Assembly (NCBI GenBank): GCA_038087875.1
Contig: CM075989.1
Coordinates: forward strand, 5,456,001 to 5,520,000
Reading direction: 5' to 3'
DNA length: 64,000 nucleotides
Source: Malacoraja senta
Lineage: Eukaryota
A program made the position numbers and the translations under genes. Below, piece by piece: positions 37,631 to 50,599 of the stretch (its first letter is position 1; each line of letters starts with the position of its first letter). A model generated the notes under the pieces. The model did not search any database and was not told where the DNA came from. It worked only from the letters and a program-made list of their open reading frames with translations.

Positions 37631-38763
37631 TTACTTCGGAGTCACGTGAGTGACTACGTGAAGAACCCCGCCAGTGCGCCTGGGCGTCATTACGTCAGAC
37701 GCATTGGCGCAAACGGATGCGAGGAGCTAGTGGAATTCCTCTAGTGGAATTGTAGTTTTCAACTACAAGGTAAGTATAAACTTTTTGAAAGTATTTCTGT
37801 GTCCGTTTGCTATGGGTCTGTGGGGATTTTTTCCACAGGCATCATGGAAAAAACGGGCAAGTGGAGGAGGCGAGCGGCACAGCCGGTATAAAGTCGCAAT
37901 ATTGCGGTCGGCGACCAGCCGCCACTGACCACGGTACAGTCGACAGCATAGCGACTGTGGATATTGGGGCTGAAGGGAATTTAGTCAGCACCAGTGGGGC
38001 AAGGCAAAGCCGATAAAAAGCTGCGGGAATGCGGTCGGTAAAGGACTGCCTCATACCCTACAACAGTCGCCGGCTGGGAGCGGGGCGAACTGTGGACATG
38101 TGCATTAAAGAACGGAGCCAGCGTCCGTTGGGTGCTAGGCAACATACAAGTCAGGGTCATGGAGCAAGAGTCAGTTTAGGATTCACCTCCAAGGCTGGAT
38201 ACCACTTTCTGAAGTGGATATTCCAAATGGAGAACCTGTACACAGGTTGCTCCAACGAAACATACTCCAGGAGGAGTGATGTCAGAGCCAGGCTCCAGAA
38301 GCCAGGTCAGCAGCACCTAGTAAAGGGCTGCTTGATAGCACCCTCATTGATGAGGCGTGTGCACAGGGTCAGCAGAGTTTCCAAAATAAGCGAAGACGGC
38401 AGCTGCCAGATGGGCTATTCCTGGCAGTACGATTTGCTGCTCTGTGAGAGTTCTGACCCTGAGTCTGACGGTGAGGCCGATACAAGCGAAGACGGCAGCT
38501 GCCAGATGTTTTATTCCTGGTAGTACGATTCGCTGCCCCGTCAGAGTCAAGAGAGCCACTGGAAAGGACGTGGCCTCTGTGATCAACTATTGTGTCTACC
38601 ATCAGCTCTAGTAGTTTACGATGGATGAAAATGGCAAAAAAGCACGAGATCCAAAGGAACTGCGTATTGCTGAAAGTACTAGCAGTGAACCAAGATAAGG
38701 GGTCAGATGGGCGAAGGCATGTAAGCCTAAGGAAAGTAAACTGCAGAGAATATTGAAGCTGCT

Positions 38764-41440
38764 CGGTTCTTGGTTCTTGGTTCTTGGTTTCTTGGTCCTC
38801 CAAAATATTCCAAATGGAATTTAAACTGGAGGTGGTGGAGGGAGGACTTAAGCCAGAAAGGGTTTTTGGGAAGAAAGAGCTACCTTAAATGTAGTTGCAT
38901 CTGGTTGGGTAACTATGGTAGGGTGGAGATTATTCCATACTTTAATTGTGCGGGGGAAGAATGAATTGCTGTACACATCTGTCTTGGTAGCTGGAATCAC
39001 AAATTGGATCGAATGCCCTCGTCTGCTCCTAATTGGTTTGGGTTTGGTGTAGGTCTTGTAATCTATGTCGAGCTGACCATTTAACATTTTGTAAAAACAG
39101 GTCAAACGGTGAGCTTCACGTCTGTCTTGGAGAGGGTTCCACCCCAGAGAATTCAGAAGTTTGGTAACACTCGCTTCTCTCTCATAGGTGTTAGTAACAA
39201 ATCGAGCTGCCTGTCTTTGGACACGTTCGATGGAAGAAATGTTTTTATTTGTGTATGGGTCCCATGCTGCAACTGCGTAGTCCAAATGAGGTCTAACGAG
39301 GGTGAAGTATAGCTTCTCCTTGACAGAAGTTGAACAATGATGAAAGTTGCGCCTCCGAAAATTTAGGACACCTGTTGCTTTCACCGTTGCATGATGAGTC
39401 TGACCATTCCAACGCAGATCATTCTGCAATTTGATGCCAAGATACTTGGTTTGTTTGGATTCTTCAAGGGTGGTACCAAGTATATTGTACGATGTTTCGC
39501 CTGGATTCCTCTTTCTGGTGACACGCATGGTTTCACATTTGGAAGGGTTGAACTGCATGCCCCATTGGTGTGACCACTCAACCATTGTATCGCGGTCCTT
39601 TTGGAGAGCATCTTCATCATCAGCTGACTTAATTGGACGGTACAGCAAACAATCATCAGCGAATAGTCTGGTCGTGCTTGCGACTTTTTCATGGATGTCG
39701 TTTATGTAAAGCAAAAACAGATGTGGGCCAAGTACTGTGCCCTGAGGTGTACCACTCAACACTGGATGCCAATTGGAGCTCTTTCCGTTCACACACACAC
39801 ACGCTGAAGACGTTTTGTCAGGAAACTGGAAATCCATCGTTTCGTGTTGGAACGAATACCATAGAAGTCAAGCTTCCGAAGCAGTCTCTGGTGTGGGATG
39901 ACATCAAATGCTTTAGAAAAGTTCAGCACTACTAAATCCGTGATGACATTACCATCAAGATGTTTGGCCAGGTCATTTGTCGTCAGGATAAGCTGAGACT
40001 CACATGATCTATGCCTCCTAAATGCATGTTGGTTGTCAGCAAGAATATTATGTTTGCTCACGTGTCGCATCAGATTACTATCAATTACATGCTCCAGTAA
40101 TTTGCAGCAAGTACTTGTTAATGAAACAGGATGATAATTCGCTGGGTTGGTGGTTGAACCTTTCTTAAAGAGAGGAGTGATGTTAGCCTTCCTCCAATCC
40201 AGCGGAACTTCACCTGAGTCAAGCGATTGTTGGAAAATGAACTGCAAAACTGGAGCCAGTTCTTCGGCCGCGATCTTGAGGGCTTGATTCTGTATCTGAT
40301 CTGGTCCAATTGCTTTTGTGGTATTGATGTTGAGCAATAACTTCTTGACACCTTCAACCTCAATTTTAATAGCAGGCATATCAGCATACGGGCTGGGCGG
40401 TAGAACTGGAAATGATGAAGGCTCCATATCTTCCCGGGTGAAAACGTGTTGGAATTGGTTTGCAAGAGCTTCTGCTTTCGCCTGGTCCTCAGTGATCAGA
40501 CAGTTGTTCACTTTAAGCATCTGGACACCAGTGTTGTCTATCCGTCTGGATTTCACATATCTCCAAAAAGCCTTGGGTTGCTCTCCCCCAACAATAGAAG
40601 AAACATGTTGTCTATGAGCACTCCTAATAGCACGATCGACTTGCTTTCGCATTCTAGTAAAATTGTCCCAGTCCAGTTTTGTACCCCTTTTTTTGGTACG
40701 GATATAAGACTTCTCTTTCTTACTGCAGAGACGTTTCAGTTTTGCCGAAAACCAAGGAGAACGCGTACGGCCCTTAATGAATTTTTGAGGAACTTGATTT
40801 GTAACAATATTATTTAAAGAGTTTCTCAGCCACACCCAGTTGTCATTTACGGATCTTTTATCTGGTTGCAGGTTGAAGAAATCTTTTCCCAGTTTTTTTG
40901 CTAAGACTTTAAATTCCTCGCTGTTCACTTTTCTCCAGAGGGAAATTTTACGTGGTGGCTTTGAAGGAACTTTAAGCTTTGTGTGCAGTTTTGCTTGGAT
41001 AATATAATGATCGCTAATTCCAGCACACGATGAAACTTCCGAAATTAAATCTGGGTGAGAAGTGAACAATAAATCTAGAGTATTTTCGGTGCCACTTGTC
41101 TCATCACGTCTGGTAGGGAAAGTGACTTTTTGGGACAGGTGATTTTCCAGAGTAAGGTCAGCTAGGGCTTCCTGGAGAGCTCCTTTTGGTTCACTTTGTA
41201 TGCCGTCAGACCAATCTACACCTGGGACATTGAAATCGCCCCACAGGATGATAAGTGGAGAGCGTGACGAGGCATAAATTTTGGAGATGATTGATCCAAG
41301 GTCTAAAAGAGGCACCATTTTCATGTCAGGTGGTCGGTAAAAGCTTCCGATCTGTAACGACTGACCCTCGAGTGTAGCTTGACACCAGATTTGCTCAGAG
41401 TCGCTGTCTAAGTCTGTACGTTCAAAACAAGGAATGGTAT
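38764..41440 (-). mobile_element. 5'-truncated CR1-group LINE of invertebrate-like type nested in DIRS
   Basis: (CCAAGAA)n 3' tail at 38764-38795; TGCT at both junctions; EN + RT ORF2. Confidence 0.9.
38848..41440 (-). pseudogene. APE endonuclease/reverse transcriptase ORF2 with one frameshift
   Basis: FYRPPD, GDFN, TLDL and SDH (EN); PVSLTS, FSKAFD, PQGTVLGP, FADDC and SFFPRT (RT). A +2 slip in (GT)n near 39790 splits ORFs 39789-41480 and 38848-39837. Confidence 0.93.
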
Positions 41441-42099
41441 TGCTAACTCCGATGATGAACAACTGCAATTTGCAAAACAATGGATGGAGGCCATGGATGG
41501 AGATGCATCAAGTGGCACTAAGGTTGCTATGTAGCGCCCACTTCAAGACTGCTATGTTGCTATGTAGCGCCCACTTCAAGATGAATTGTTTCAGGAAGTA
41601 TGCCATTCGGTCCACCATCAACCCAAAGTTGCAGCAATTCTGTAAAGCCCAGCAATGTGCAGTCATTCAACTTATTCTTCAGAGAAAAAACCTCATGAAT
41701 CGTGGGAAAGAGTTGGATAATGGGGCAAAAACAGCAAAGTTGATCACAACATCAATGGTCGTCAAGTCTGCAAAGAGGACGTATCCTTTCAGACATCATA
41801 CAAAATCCTGGACCGACATCAGGAGCAAATCGACCATTGAAGCAGGTATGCAGTTGATGTCCTGCAGCAGGAAAACGAAAAAGCGTGGGTTTTGCCTGCC
41901 AGGAGCCAGGGACCACAGGTCACTCAGATGACAAAGGAGGTAGGTGGACCTGGTTCTTATGGGAACATATTAAGGCAAAAACAGCCAAATATTGGAAGCA
42001 AATTACTTCAGTTATTATTCTGAGTATTATAGAAAGGTTTCTAATTGATTCGATTCAAATACTGATTTGCCATCCAGCATGTTCCAAGCAGAACACTCC

Positions 42100-43269
42100 A
42101 ATTTCACATAAAAATAATTGATGGAGGTTCAAGCTGAATTGAAAACTTGTTTATAAACAAGTAATTGAAAGGTCGGTTTATCAAAACCACCAAATTGTGT
42201 TTAAAATTTCTCAACCTAAAAAGGTGAGGAGTATTTTAGATCTGACAAGTCTTTAAAATTTTGTGAAGTATAGACACTTCAAAATAGAGACTTTGAGACT
42301 GCCAAACAATTTATTTCAAAAAAGATGTTTTATGGCACTTATAGATCTGAAAGATGTATATTACTTAATGTTTGTTCATTTATAAGATAAAATTATCTAA
42401 AGGAACAATTATGGCAATTCAAAGTTCTGTCTAACGGGTTAACTTCAGTTCCTAGAATTTCACTAAATTGGTAAAAAAAAAATTGCGGCTAATTAGAGTC
42501 CAAGGACAGATGTGGATGGCTTAACTGGATGATGTCCTAATTAGGATGAACAAGAGAATTCGTGAGTTATCTCTCTCAAATTATTCAAACCACTTTTGAA
42601 AGTTGGGTTTAATTCATCCAGAGAGAAATTAAGTTAACAATACTTACAACAATTGATTATTTGATTCAATTGAAAAGGTAGTAATTTACCCAGGGTAAAG
42701 GGTAAAGCTAATTGATGGTTGTATTAAGCAGTTGGAAAAGCAACAATCTTCAATTAAGACAGGTGGCCAGCTTGTTAGGAGAATTAGTGTTATTTCCAGC
42801 AATACAATATGGGCCATTGGACTACCAGCAGCTGCAGACTGCTAAAAGAAAAAACACTAAGATGCATGATGGCCATTTTTTGATAGGCCATGCAATTAAA
42901 CAACAAATGCTGCTTCTGATTGCAGTAGTGGATTTAACATGTCTTCAGTAGTTCAAGCAAGATACGGATTGAACAGCCTTCCATGGTCTTAACAGACTGA
43001 TATCAGTGTACTAGGATTGGTGCCACTGAAAAGGTATCCATCTGTGGAGAGATGGAATATGGAAGAAGTATTATTTTACAGACATGGAGAATCGACGTGT
43101 AAAAGTCTATTGGAAGGCTTATGAGCTACAAGCTTGTTGTTAAATACAACTAATCTGCATGTTCAGTTTCAAATTAACAACACTACAGCAATGTCATGTA
43201 TTAATTGTATGGGTGGAATTTCCATGATAACAAAGAATGGATGTTTAACCTTAAGATTTTTAAATGATA
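42100..43269 (+). pseudogene. DIRS RT / RNase H, heavily degenerate
   Basis: Manual translation gives IDLKDVYY (~42340), FKVLSNGLTSVPRI (~42420), A*LDDVLI (~42520), QTDISVLG (~42995) and HVQFQINNTTAMSCINCMGG (~43160). Confidence 0.85.
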
Positions 43270-46200
43270 CTAGACCAAGTGCAGACCCGTTGGGTCTGGA
43301 CACCGAACGTGCATTTGTTGGGGGGGGGGGGGGGGAAGGCTGTGGCGTCACACTAATCACCCCCTTTCCTCCAAAGCACGTCATCCGGCACCCACAAACA
43401 CATAAACTCATCACACCCCTTGATATTATTTTAATTTTTTAATTTGCTTCTTTTATCCCATCTCCACCCTATCCACTGATGAATAGCCCTCACCTCTCAG
43501 ATGCGTCTAGAGGTGTTGGGGCAGAGGGAAAATTTAATGTTAGAAAAAAAAAATTTGAAGAGGGGGAGGAGGAGGGTCGAGAGGAAGGGGGAGAGAGGAG
43601 AGGGGTGGAGAGAGGAAAGAGAGGATGGGGAGAGAGGTGAAGGAGGGGGGTTGGAGCGGGCGTGCATGAGTCGAGTCATGGGCTGTGAAGAGAGAAGGGC
43701 AGAGAGAGAGAGAGAGAGAGAGATGGGAGAGACAGAGAGACTGGTACACAAAAAAAAGCTTGAGAAACACAGCGGGTGCAGCAGCATCTATTGAGCGAAG
43801 GAAATAGGCAACGCTTTGGGCCGAAGCCCATCCTCAGACTGGTTTTCTACCGAAACGTTGCCTATTTACTTCGATCCATAGATGCTGCTGCACCCGCTGA
43901 TGATATACAGGTTTTTTTTGTGTACCTTCGATTTTCCAGCATCTGTAGTTCCGTCGTAAAGACAGAGAGACTGTTGGCGGGCTGTTTTCCCAACGCGCGT
44001 TTGTGGGAGGGGGGGTGGGCTGCTGCATCACACTCACACTAACCACCCCCCAAACTCACACTAACCACCCCCAAACACACTCGGGGGGGTGGGGTGAGGA
44101 GGGGAGAGGAAGACGGGGTGGGGAGAGAAGAGGGGAGAGGGAGACGGGGTGGGGAGAGAAGAGGAGAGGGGGAGGGAGGGGAGAGGGGGAAGAGGAAAGG
44201 GGAGAGATTGGGGAGGGAGAGGAGATCAGGGTGGGTGAGAGGGAGGGGGAGGAGAGTTTGGAGTGGGAGGAGAGCGGGGAGGGCAGGAAGGGGGGAGAGG
44301 GGGGAGGGGATGAGGGGAAGGGGAGAGGAGTAGGGGGAAGAGAGGGAGAGTGGGAGGGGGAGGGAGAGAGGTGGGGGAGGGAGAGGGGAACAGTGGGGAG
44401 TGAGGGGCAGAGGGGTAGTGGGGAGTGGTGCAAGAGAGAGGTGAAGGGGGTGGGGGGGAGATGGGGATGAAGAGGGGTGGTGGAGGGGGAAGAGAGGGGG
44501 TGGGAGGGGAGGGAGGGGGAGAGGAGAGAGGGGAAGTGGGGAGGGAGAGTTGAAGTAGGAGGGGTAGGGACAGTCCATCTGTTTCCCATTCCCTATCCCC
44601 CCCCCAATCCTCTTTCTCTATTGCCACAAACGTGACGACGCCCTTCGACACAGGCTACGGGGGTGGGGGGGGGAGGGGCTGGGGCTGCTGCAAAGGCATA
44701 TGTAAACGGATTCATTACGATTGGACATCTGTGAGCATTGTGCATTGTGACATCACACAACGGAATCTTTCCTAACATTCTATGGCTGAGCTGTTTTTTT
44801 TAACATTTTGAAATGTTTGGTTTGGGGGGGGGGGAGAGGTATTTTATTTTAAAAAGTGTACATAAACACGACCAAATTTAATCAGGATTGTCTATTCGTA
44901 AAGATAAACGTAATCTCTTTAGAAACGGTAAAAAATATTGGCGTTTCCGCATGCTGTGTGGGCCTAGAGCGGTATCAAAGGGGATTTGTGACACGTCAGG
45001 CGGATGGCAGACACAAGTCAGGCAGACCAAGTGCAGACCCGTTGGGTCTGGACACCGAACGTGCGTTTGGGGCGGGGGGCTGTGACGTCACACTAACCAC
45101 CCGTTGGGTCTGTACCTCCAAAGCAGGGTTGCGGGGTGTGAATCTGGCACCCACAAACACACACACTCATCACACCCCTTGATATTATATTAATATTTTA
45201 ATTTTCTTCTTTTATTCCATCTCCACCCTATCCACTGACGAATAGCCATCACCTCTCAGGTGCGTCTCGAGGGGGGGGGGTGGTGCAGAGAGAGAAAATT
45301 TAATGTTAGAAAAAAAAATTGTGAGGTGGGGGAGGAGGAGGGTTGAGAAGAAGGGGGGTGAGGAAGGTGGGGAGAGAGGAGGGTGAGAGAGGAGAGGGGT
45401 GGAGAGAGGAAGAAGAGGATGGGGGAGAGAGGTAAAGGGGGTGGGTTGGAGCAGGCGTGCATGAGTTGAGCCGTGGGCTGTGAAGAGAGAAGGGCAGAGA
45501 GAGAGAGAGAGGGGAGAGACAGATAGACTGGTACACACAATAAAACTCGAGAAACACTGCGGGTGCAGCAGCATCTATGGAGTGAAGGAAATAGGCAATG
45601 CTTTTGGCGGAAACCCATCCTCAGACGGGTTTTTTCACGAAACGTTGTCTATTTCTTTTGATATAGATGCTGCTGCACCCGCTGAGGTTATGAAGCATTT
45701 TTTTGTGTACCTTTGATTTTCAAGCATCTGCAGTTCTGTCTTAAAGACAGAGAGACTGTTGGCGGGCTGTTTTCCCAACGCGAGTTTGTGGGAGGGGGGG
45801 GCTGCGGCATCACACTCACACTAACCTCCACCCAAACACAGGCAGGGGAGGGGTGGAGAGGAAGACGTGGTGGGGAGAGAAGAGGGGAGAGGGAGACGGG
45901 GTGGGGAGAGAAGAGGAGAGGGGGAGGGAGGGGAGAGGGGGAAGAGGAAAGGGGAGAGATTGGGGAGGGAGAGGAGATCAGCGTGGGTGAGAGGGAGGGG
46001 GAGGAGAGTGGGGAGTGGGAGGAGAGCGGGGAGGGCAGGAAGGGGGGAGAGGGGGGATGGGATGAGGGGAAGGGGAGAGGAGTAGGGGGAAGAGAGGGAG
46101 AGAGGGAGGGGGAGGGAGAGAGGTGGGGGAGGGAGAGGGGAACAGTGGGGAGTGAGGGGCAGAGGGGTAACGGGGAGTGGTGCAAGAGAGAGGTGAAGGG

Positions 46201-47294
46201 GGTGGGTGGGAGATGGGGGTGAAGAGGGGTGGTGGAGGGGGAAGAGAGGGTGTGGGAGGGGAGGGAGGGGGAGAGGAGAGAGGGGGAAGAGTGGGGAGGG
46301 AGAGTTGAAGTAGGAGGGGTAGGGACAGTCCATCTGTTACCCATTCCCTATCACCCCCAATCCTCTTTCTCTATTGCCACACACGTGACGACGCCCTTCG
46401 ACACAGGCTGCGGGGTTGGGGGGGAGGGGCTGGTGCTGTTGCTGCTGCAAAGGCATATGTAAATTGGTTCATTTCGATTGGACATCTTTGAGCATTGGGC
46501 ATTGTGACATCACAAAACGGAACCTTCATTAACATTCTTTTGCTGAGAGCTGTTTTTTTAAAACATTTTGAAATTTCCCCATTCCCTATCCCCCCCACAC
46601 ACGTGGCGACGCCTTTCGACACAGGCTGTGGGGTTGGGGGGGAGGGGCTTGGGCTGTGGGTGCTGCAAAGGCATATGTAAACGGATTCATTTCGATTTGT
46701 CACACGTGTCGCAGGGCGTCGCCACGTGTGTGGGGGTGATAGTGAATGGGGAAATTTCAAAATGTTAAACAAACAGCTCTCAGCAATAGAATGTAAATGA
46801 AGGTTCCGTTTTGTGATGTCACAATGCCCAATGCTGCGGGGGATGGGGGGGAGGGGCCGGGGCTGGGGCCGCCGCAAAGGCATATGTAAATGGCTCCATT
46901 CCGATTGGACATCTGTGACCATTGTGCATTGTGACATCACACAACGGAATCTTTACTAACATTCTACGGCTGAGCTGTTTTTTTAAACATTTTGAAATGT
47001 TTGGTTTGGGGGGGGAGAGGTATTTTATTTTAAAAAGCGTACCTAAACACGACCAAATTTAATCAGGATTGTCTATTCGTAAAGATAAACGTAATCTCTT
47101 TAGAAACGGTAAAAAATATCGGCGTTTCCGCGCACTGCGCGGGCGCGGGGCGGTATCAAAGGCGGGACAAGTCAAGCAGAACGTTGGACGTACAGACGTA
47201 CAGACGTACAGACGTACAGACGTACAGACGTACAGACGGACGGCAGCCAGAGAGTTTTAAAAGTATATAGATAGATAGAAGATAGATAGATAGA
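43270..47294 (-). mobile_element. Non-autonomous Helitron nested in DIRS, internally duplicated
   Basis: Minus strand A|TCtatctatc..tatatacttttaaaactc start and cagacccaacgggtctg hairpin + cacttggtCTAG|T end. Removing it restores DIRS coding sequence (gatA|Taatagtcaga). Confidence 0.88.
44080..44570. repeat. Polypurine G/A-rich tract (duplicated at 45845-46325)
   Basis: About 480 bp of almost pure G/A with many G-runs. Confidence 0.95.
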
Positions 47295-48610
47295 TAATAG
47301 TCAGATTTAGGAAGCCAGATATGACTTGTTTCCATCCAGACTCAATCACCAGTTACAGAGATATGTGTTATGGGACTACATCGGGAGACAGTAGCGATGG
47401 ATGTTTCTCGCTATATTAGGATGGTATGTTGTTATATGCATTTTACTTCATCCTGTCTCATAAATCGGTGTCTGCTTAAAACGAAGCAGTATGCTGCCTC
47501 TAGGGGTATTCGTGGTACCAGACGGGTCTACGCAGCCATGGTTCCCTTTGATATTGAAATTTATGACACAGTTTCTGATAAATGTTCCCAAAAGAAGGAA
47601 TTTACTGGTGTATTCGATAATTGGAGAGTAACATCCATCATCTGCCTGTATGGATGCAGGGTTTAAAAAAAGAGGATTGTCTGGGCATGCTGTGGACCTG
47701 CTTACAGCAGTCTGGCGGAAGAGTACTCAAAAGCAGTACATTTGTGAATCTGAGTTGTGACTCTGTAAATACTGCTTTCCCATTATGTAAAGAATGAGGG
47801 GAAAAAATTTCTGTGTATAAAAGAATATGGAATGTTGTACGGCACATGTCTCAAATATCTTGGATTGACCTCTATTTAATGGGTTGAGGTATAGTGCGAT
47901 TTATTCACACAGAAGTATATTATTCCTCGCTTTTATTTGATGAGGTTGGAAAGACATCCTGTTGAGTCTCGTTCTTTTATTTCCAGATTAATGAAAGGAA
48001 TTTTAATTCCAGACCTTCTAAACCTAGGAGGGAATCTGGAATATAGAATTGTTTTAAGCTACTTCAGCAAAGGAGTCTTGGTACGATTCTGAATTGGTCA
48101 AGTTCAGCATGAAGGTACTCATGTTTATGGCACTTGTAACATTACAAAGTTACAGATTCACAGAAGTACCTCAGGATTATGTTATGTTTTACATTTTATG
48201 AACTACTCAAATGAAGTAGGATCAGGTGTGACAGGATTCAAGATTGTTTTATTAACATATTCTATGGATCCATGTCTATATGTTAAGACATATTTATTGC
48301 AAAAAATTGAGGCTACAAAGATCTTATGAAAACAAGATTGTTTATCATTCACGAAAAACCATACAAGATAGTGTCAGTTTAGACTATTTTAAGATGGTTA
48401 AAAACAAGTTTTAGTTGCTGCACGTGTGAACATTGATGGTTTTACATTCCATTCAGTTTAGCAGCAACATTGACGACCAGGGCGAAGGAAGTCCCGTCAA
48501 TCATATTCTCACAGCCGCCGGGTGATCTAATAAGTTGGTGTTTCAACACTTTTACCATCGGGCTATTGCCAATACGGGGCTGTTTGCAGATACTATATTA
48601 AGTTCTGCTT
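47295..48610 (+). pseudogene. DIRS methyltransferase-like domain and tyrosine recombinase, degenerate
   Basis: KPD.DLFPSRLNHQL (~47310), VVPD.STQPWFP (~47510), LMKGI..SRPSKPR (~47990), F.FHSV.AA (~48440) and ILTAAG*SNKLVFQHFYHRAI (~48505). Confidence 0.85.
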
Positions 48611-49128
48611 AATTTTCCCTGGGTAAAGGGGATACTATTAATTATTTTATTCAAATAAATGAATTACTGCATTTGTGGTACAAATGTTATTATTAATGCA
48701 TTATTGAATATTCTCGTTCCGAGTCAATCAATGCAGTGAGAAGCCGGGATTTGTCTGCGGCATGAAATCACAAAGCTTTAAAATCTTCACGTAGTCACTC
48801 ACGTGACTCCGAAGTAAAATAGTAAGATTAAACGAGAACTTACCTAAGTTTGAAGTTTGATCTTTATTTTATGAGGAGTTACGTAGGTGATTACGTGCCC
48901 ACCACGACCCAACCCTCTATCATAAAGGTCAGATGGAAGTTCTTGTATTACTCATTTTATTATGATACTATATTACTTCGCTTGTTGTTTTTTGTGATTT
49001 CACACCGCTGCTTCGAAGATTGATGCGCAGGCGCACTGGCGGGGTTCTTCACATAATCACCAACGTAACTCCTCATAAAATAAAGATCAAACTTCAAACT
49101 TAGGTAAGTTCTCTTTAATCTTACTATT

Positions 49129-49885
49129 CATGTCAGTACCTACCCCCAATACCATGTGTTCTAATTTCGCCCACTAATCTCCTATGTGGGACCTTATCAA
49201 AGGCTTTCTGAAAGTCCAGGTACACTACATCCACTGGGTGTCCCTTGTCCATTTTCCTAGTTACATCCTCAAAAAATTCCAGAAGATTAGTCAAGCATGA
49301 TTTCCCCTTCGTAAATCCATGCTGACTCGGACCGATCCTGTTACAGCTATCCAAATGTGCTGCTATTTCATCTTTCATGATTGACTCCAGCATCTTTCCC
49401 ACCACCAATGTCAGGCTAGCTTGTCTATAATTCCCTGTTTTCTCTCTCCCTCCTTTCTTAAAAAGTGGGATAACATGAGCTACTCTCCAATCCACAGGAA
49501 CCGATCCTGAATCTATAGAACATTGGAAAATGATCACAAATGCGTCCATGATTTCTAGAGCCACTTCCTTGAGTACCCTGGGATGCAGACCACCAGGCCC
49601 TGGGGATTTATCAGCCTTCAGTCCCATCAGTCTACCCAACACAGTTTCCTGCCTAATGTGAATTTCCTTCACTTCCTCCGTCACCCAAGGTCCTCTGGCC
49701 ACTCGTACATCTGGGAGATTGTTTGTGTCTTCCTTAGTGAAGACAGATCCAAAGTACCGGTTCAACGTCTGCCATTTCCTTGTTCCCCATAATAAATTCA
49801 CCTGTTTCTGTCTTCAAGGGACCCACATTTGTCTTAACTATTTTTTTTCCTCTTCACATCCCTAAAGAAGCTTTTACTATCCTCC
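49129..49885 (-). mobile_element. CR1 LINE, 5' part of the copy split by DIRS
   Basis: KSPGP.GLHPRVLKE, PLFKKG, QHGF and DFQKAFDKVPH. The junction matches the intact copy at 29270-29340. Confidence 0.92.
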
Positions 49886-49889
49886 ATAA

Positions 49890-50220
49890 ATGGAGTGGAT
49901 GCGGAGAGGATGTTTCCACTGGTGGGAGAGTCTAGGACCAGAGGTCATAACTTCAGAATTAAAGGGCGCTCTTTTAGAAAGGAGGTGAGAAAGAACTTCT
50001 TTAGTCAGAGGGTAGTTAATCTGTGGAACTCATTGCCACAGAGGGCTGTGGACGCCAAGTCAGTGGATATTTTTATAGCAGAGATAGACAAATTATTAAT
50101 TAGAATGGGTATCAAGGGTTATGGGGAGATGGCAGGAAAATGTGATTAGGAGGCACAGAACAGCCATGATTGAATGACGGAGTAGACTCGATGGGCTGAA
50201 TGGCCTAATTCTACTCCTAA
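49890..50220 (+). mobile_element. CR1 LINE 3' end
   Basis: MFPLVGESRTRGH...RVVNLWNSLP. Confidence 0.88.
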
Positions 50221-50599
50221 AATGGAGCACCTATAAAGCCTAGCCTGCGGCCATGATAGATATTAAAGAAACGCAACAAAATGAAACAATGCATTGGAGT
50301 AACTGAACGGGGCCGGTGGAGAACATGGATAGGTGGTGTTTTGGGTCGGGACCCTTCTTCAGACTGATTTCTAAACGCAAGTTCTTCATGAACATGGAAG
50401 GGCCACCATCACATTTGCAAATTGCCAAGATCATAAAAACACAAACTTCTGGAGTTACTCAACGATCCGGCAGCATCTGGGGAGGGAATGGACAGACGAT
50501 GTTTCAGGTCGGGACCATTCTTCAGCCTGAAAGGGAGCGTAGTCATGCCTGCATCAAGAAGGCTTGCGAACATCTATAGCAAATTCCACACTTCAGACA

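Larger units (their letters stand above)
37631..49128 (+). mobile_element. DIRS1-type tyrosine-recombinase retrotransposon, complete but decayed
   Basis: Left ITR 37631-37690, right ITR + extension 49021-49128, ICR 48784-48897 complementary to the joined ends. Degenerate RT, RNase H, MT and YR motifs occur in the expected order. Confidence 0.93.

Noticed and set aside
44003..46344. Long Pro/Leu/Ser- or Gly/Glu-rich ORFs
   Set aside because: They are artefacts of polypurine low-complexity tracts inside a Helitron.
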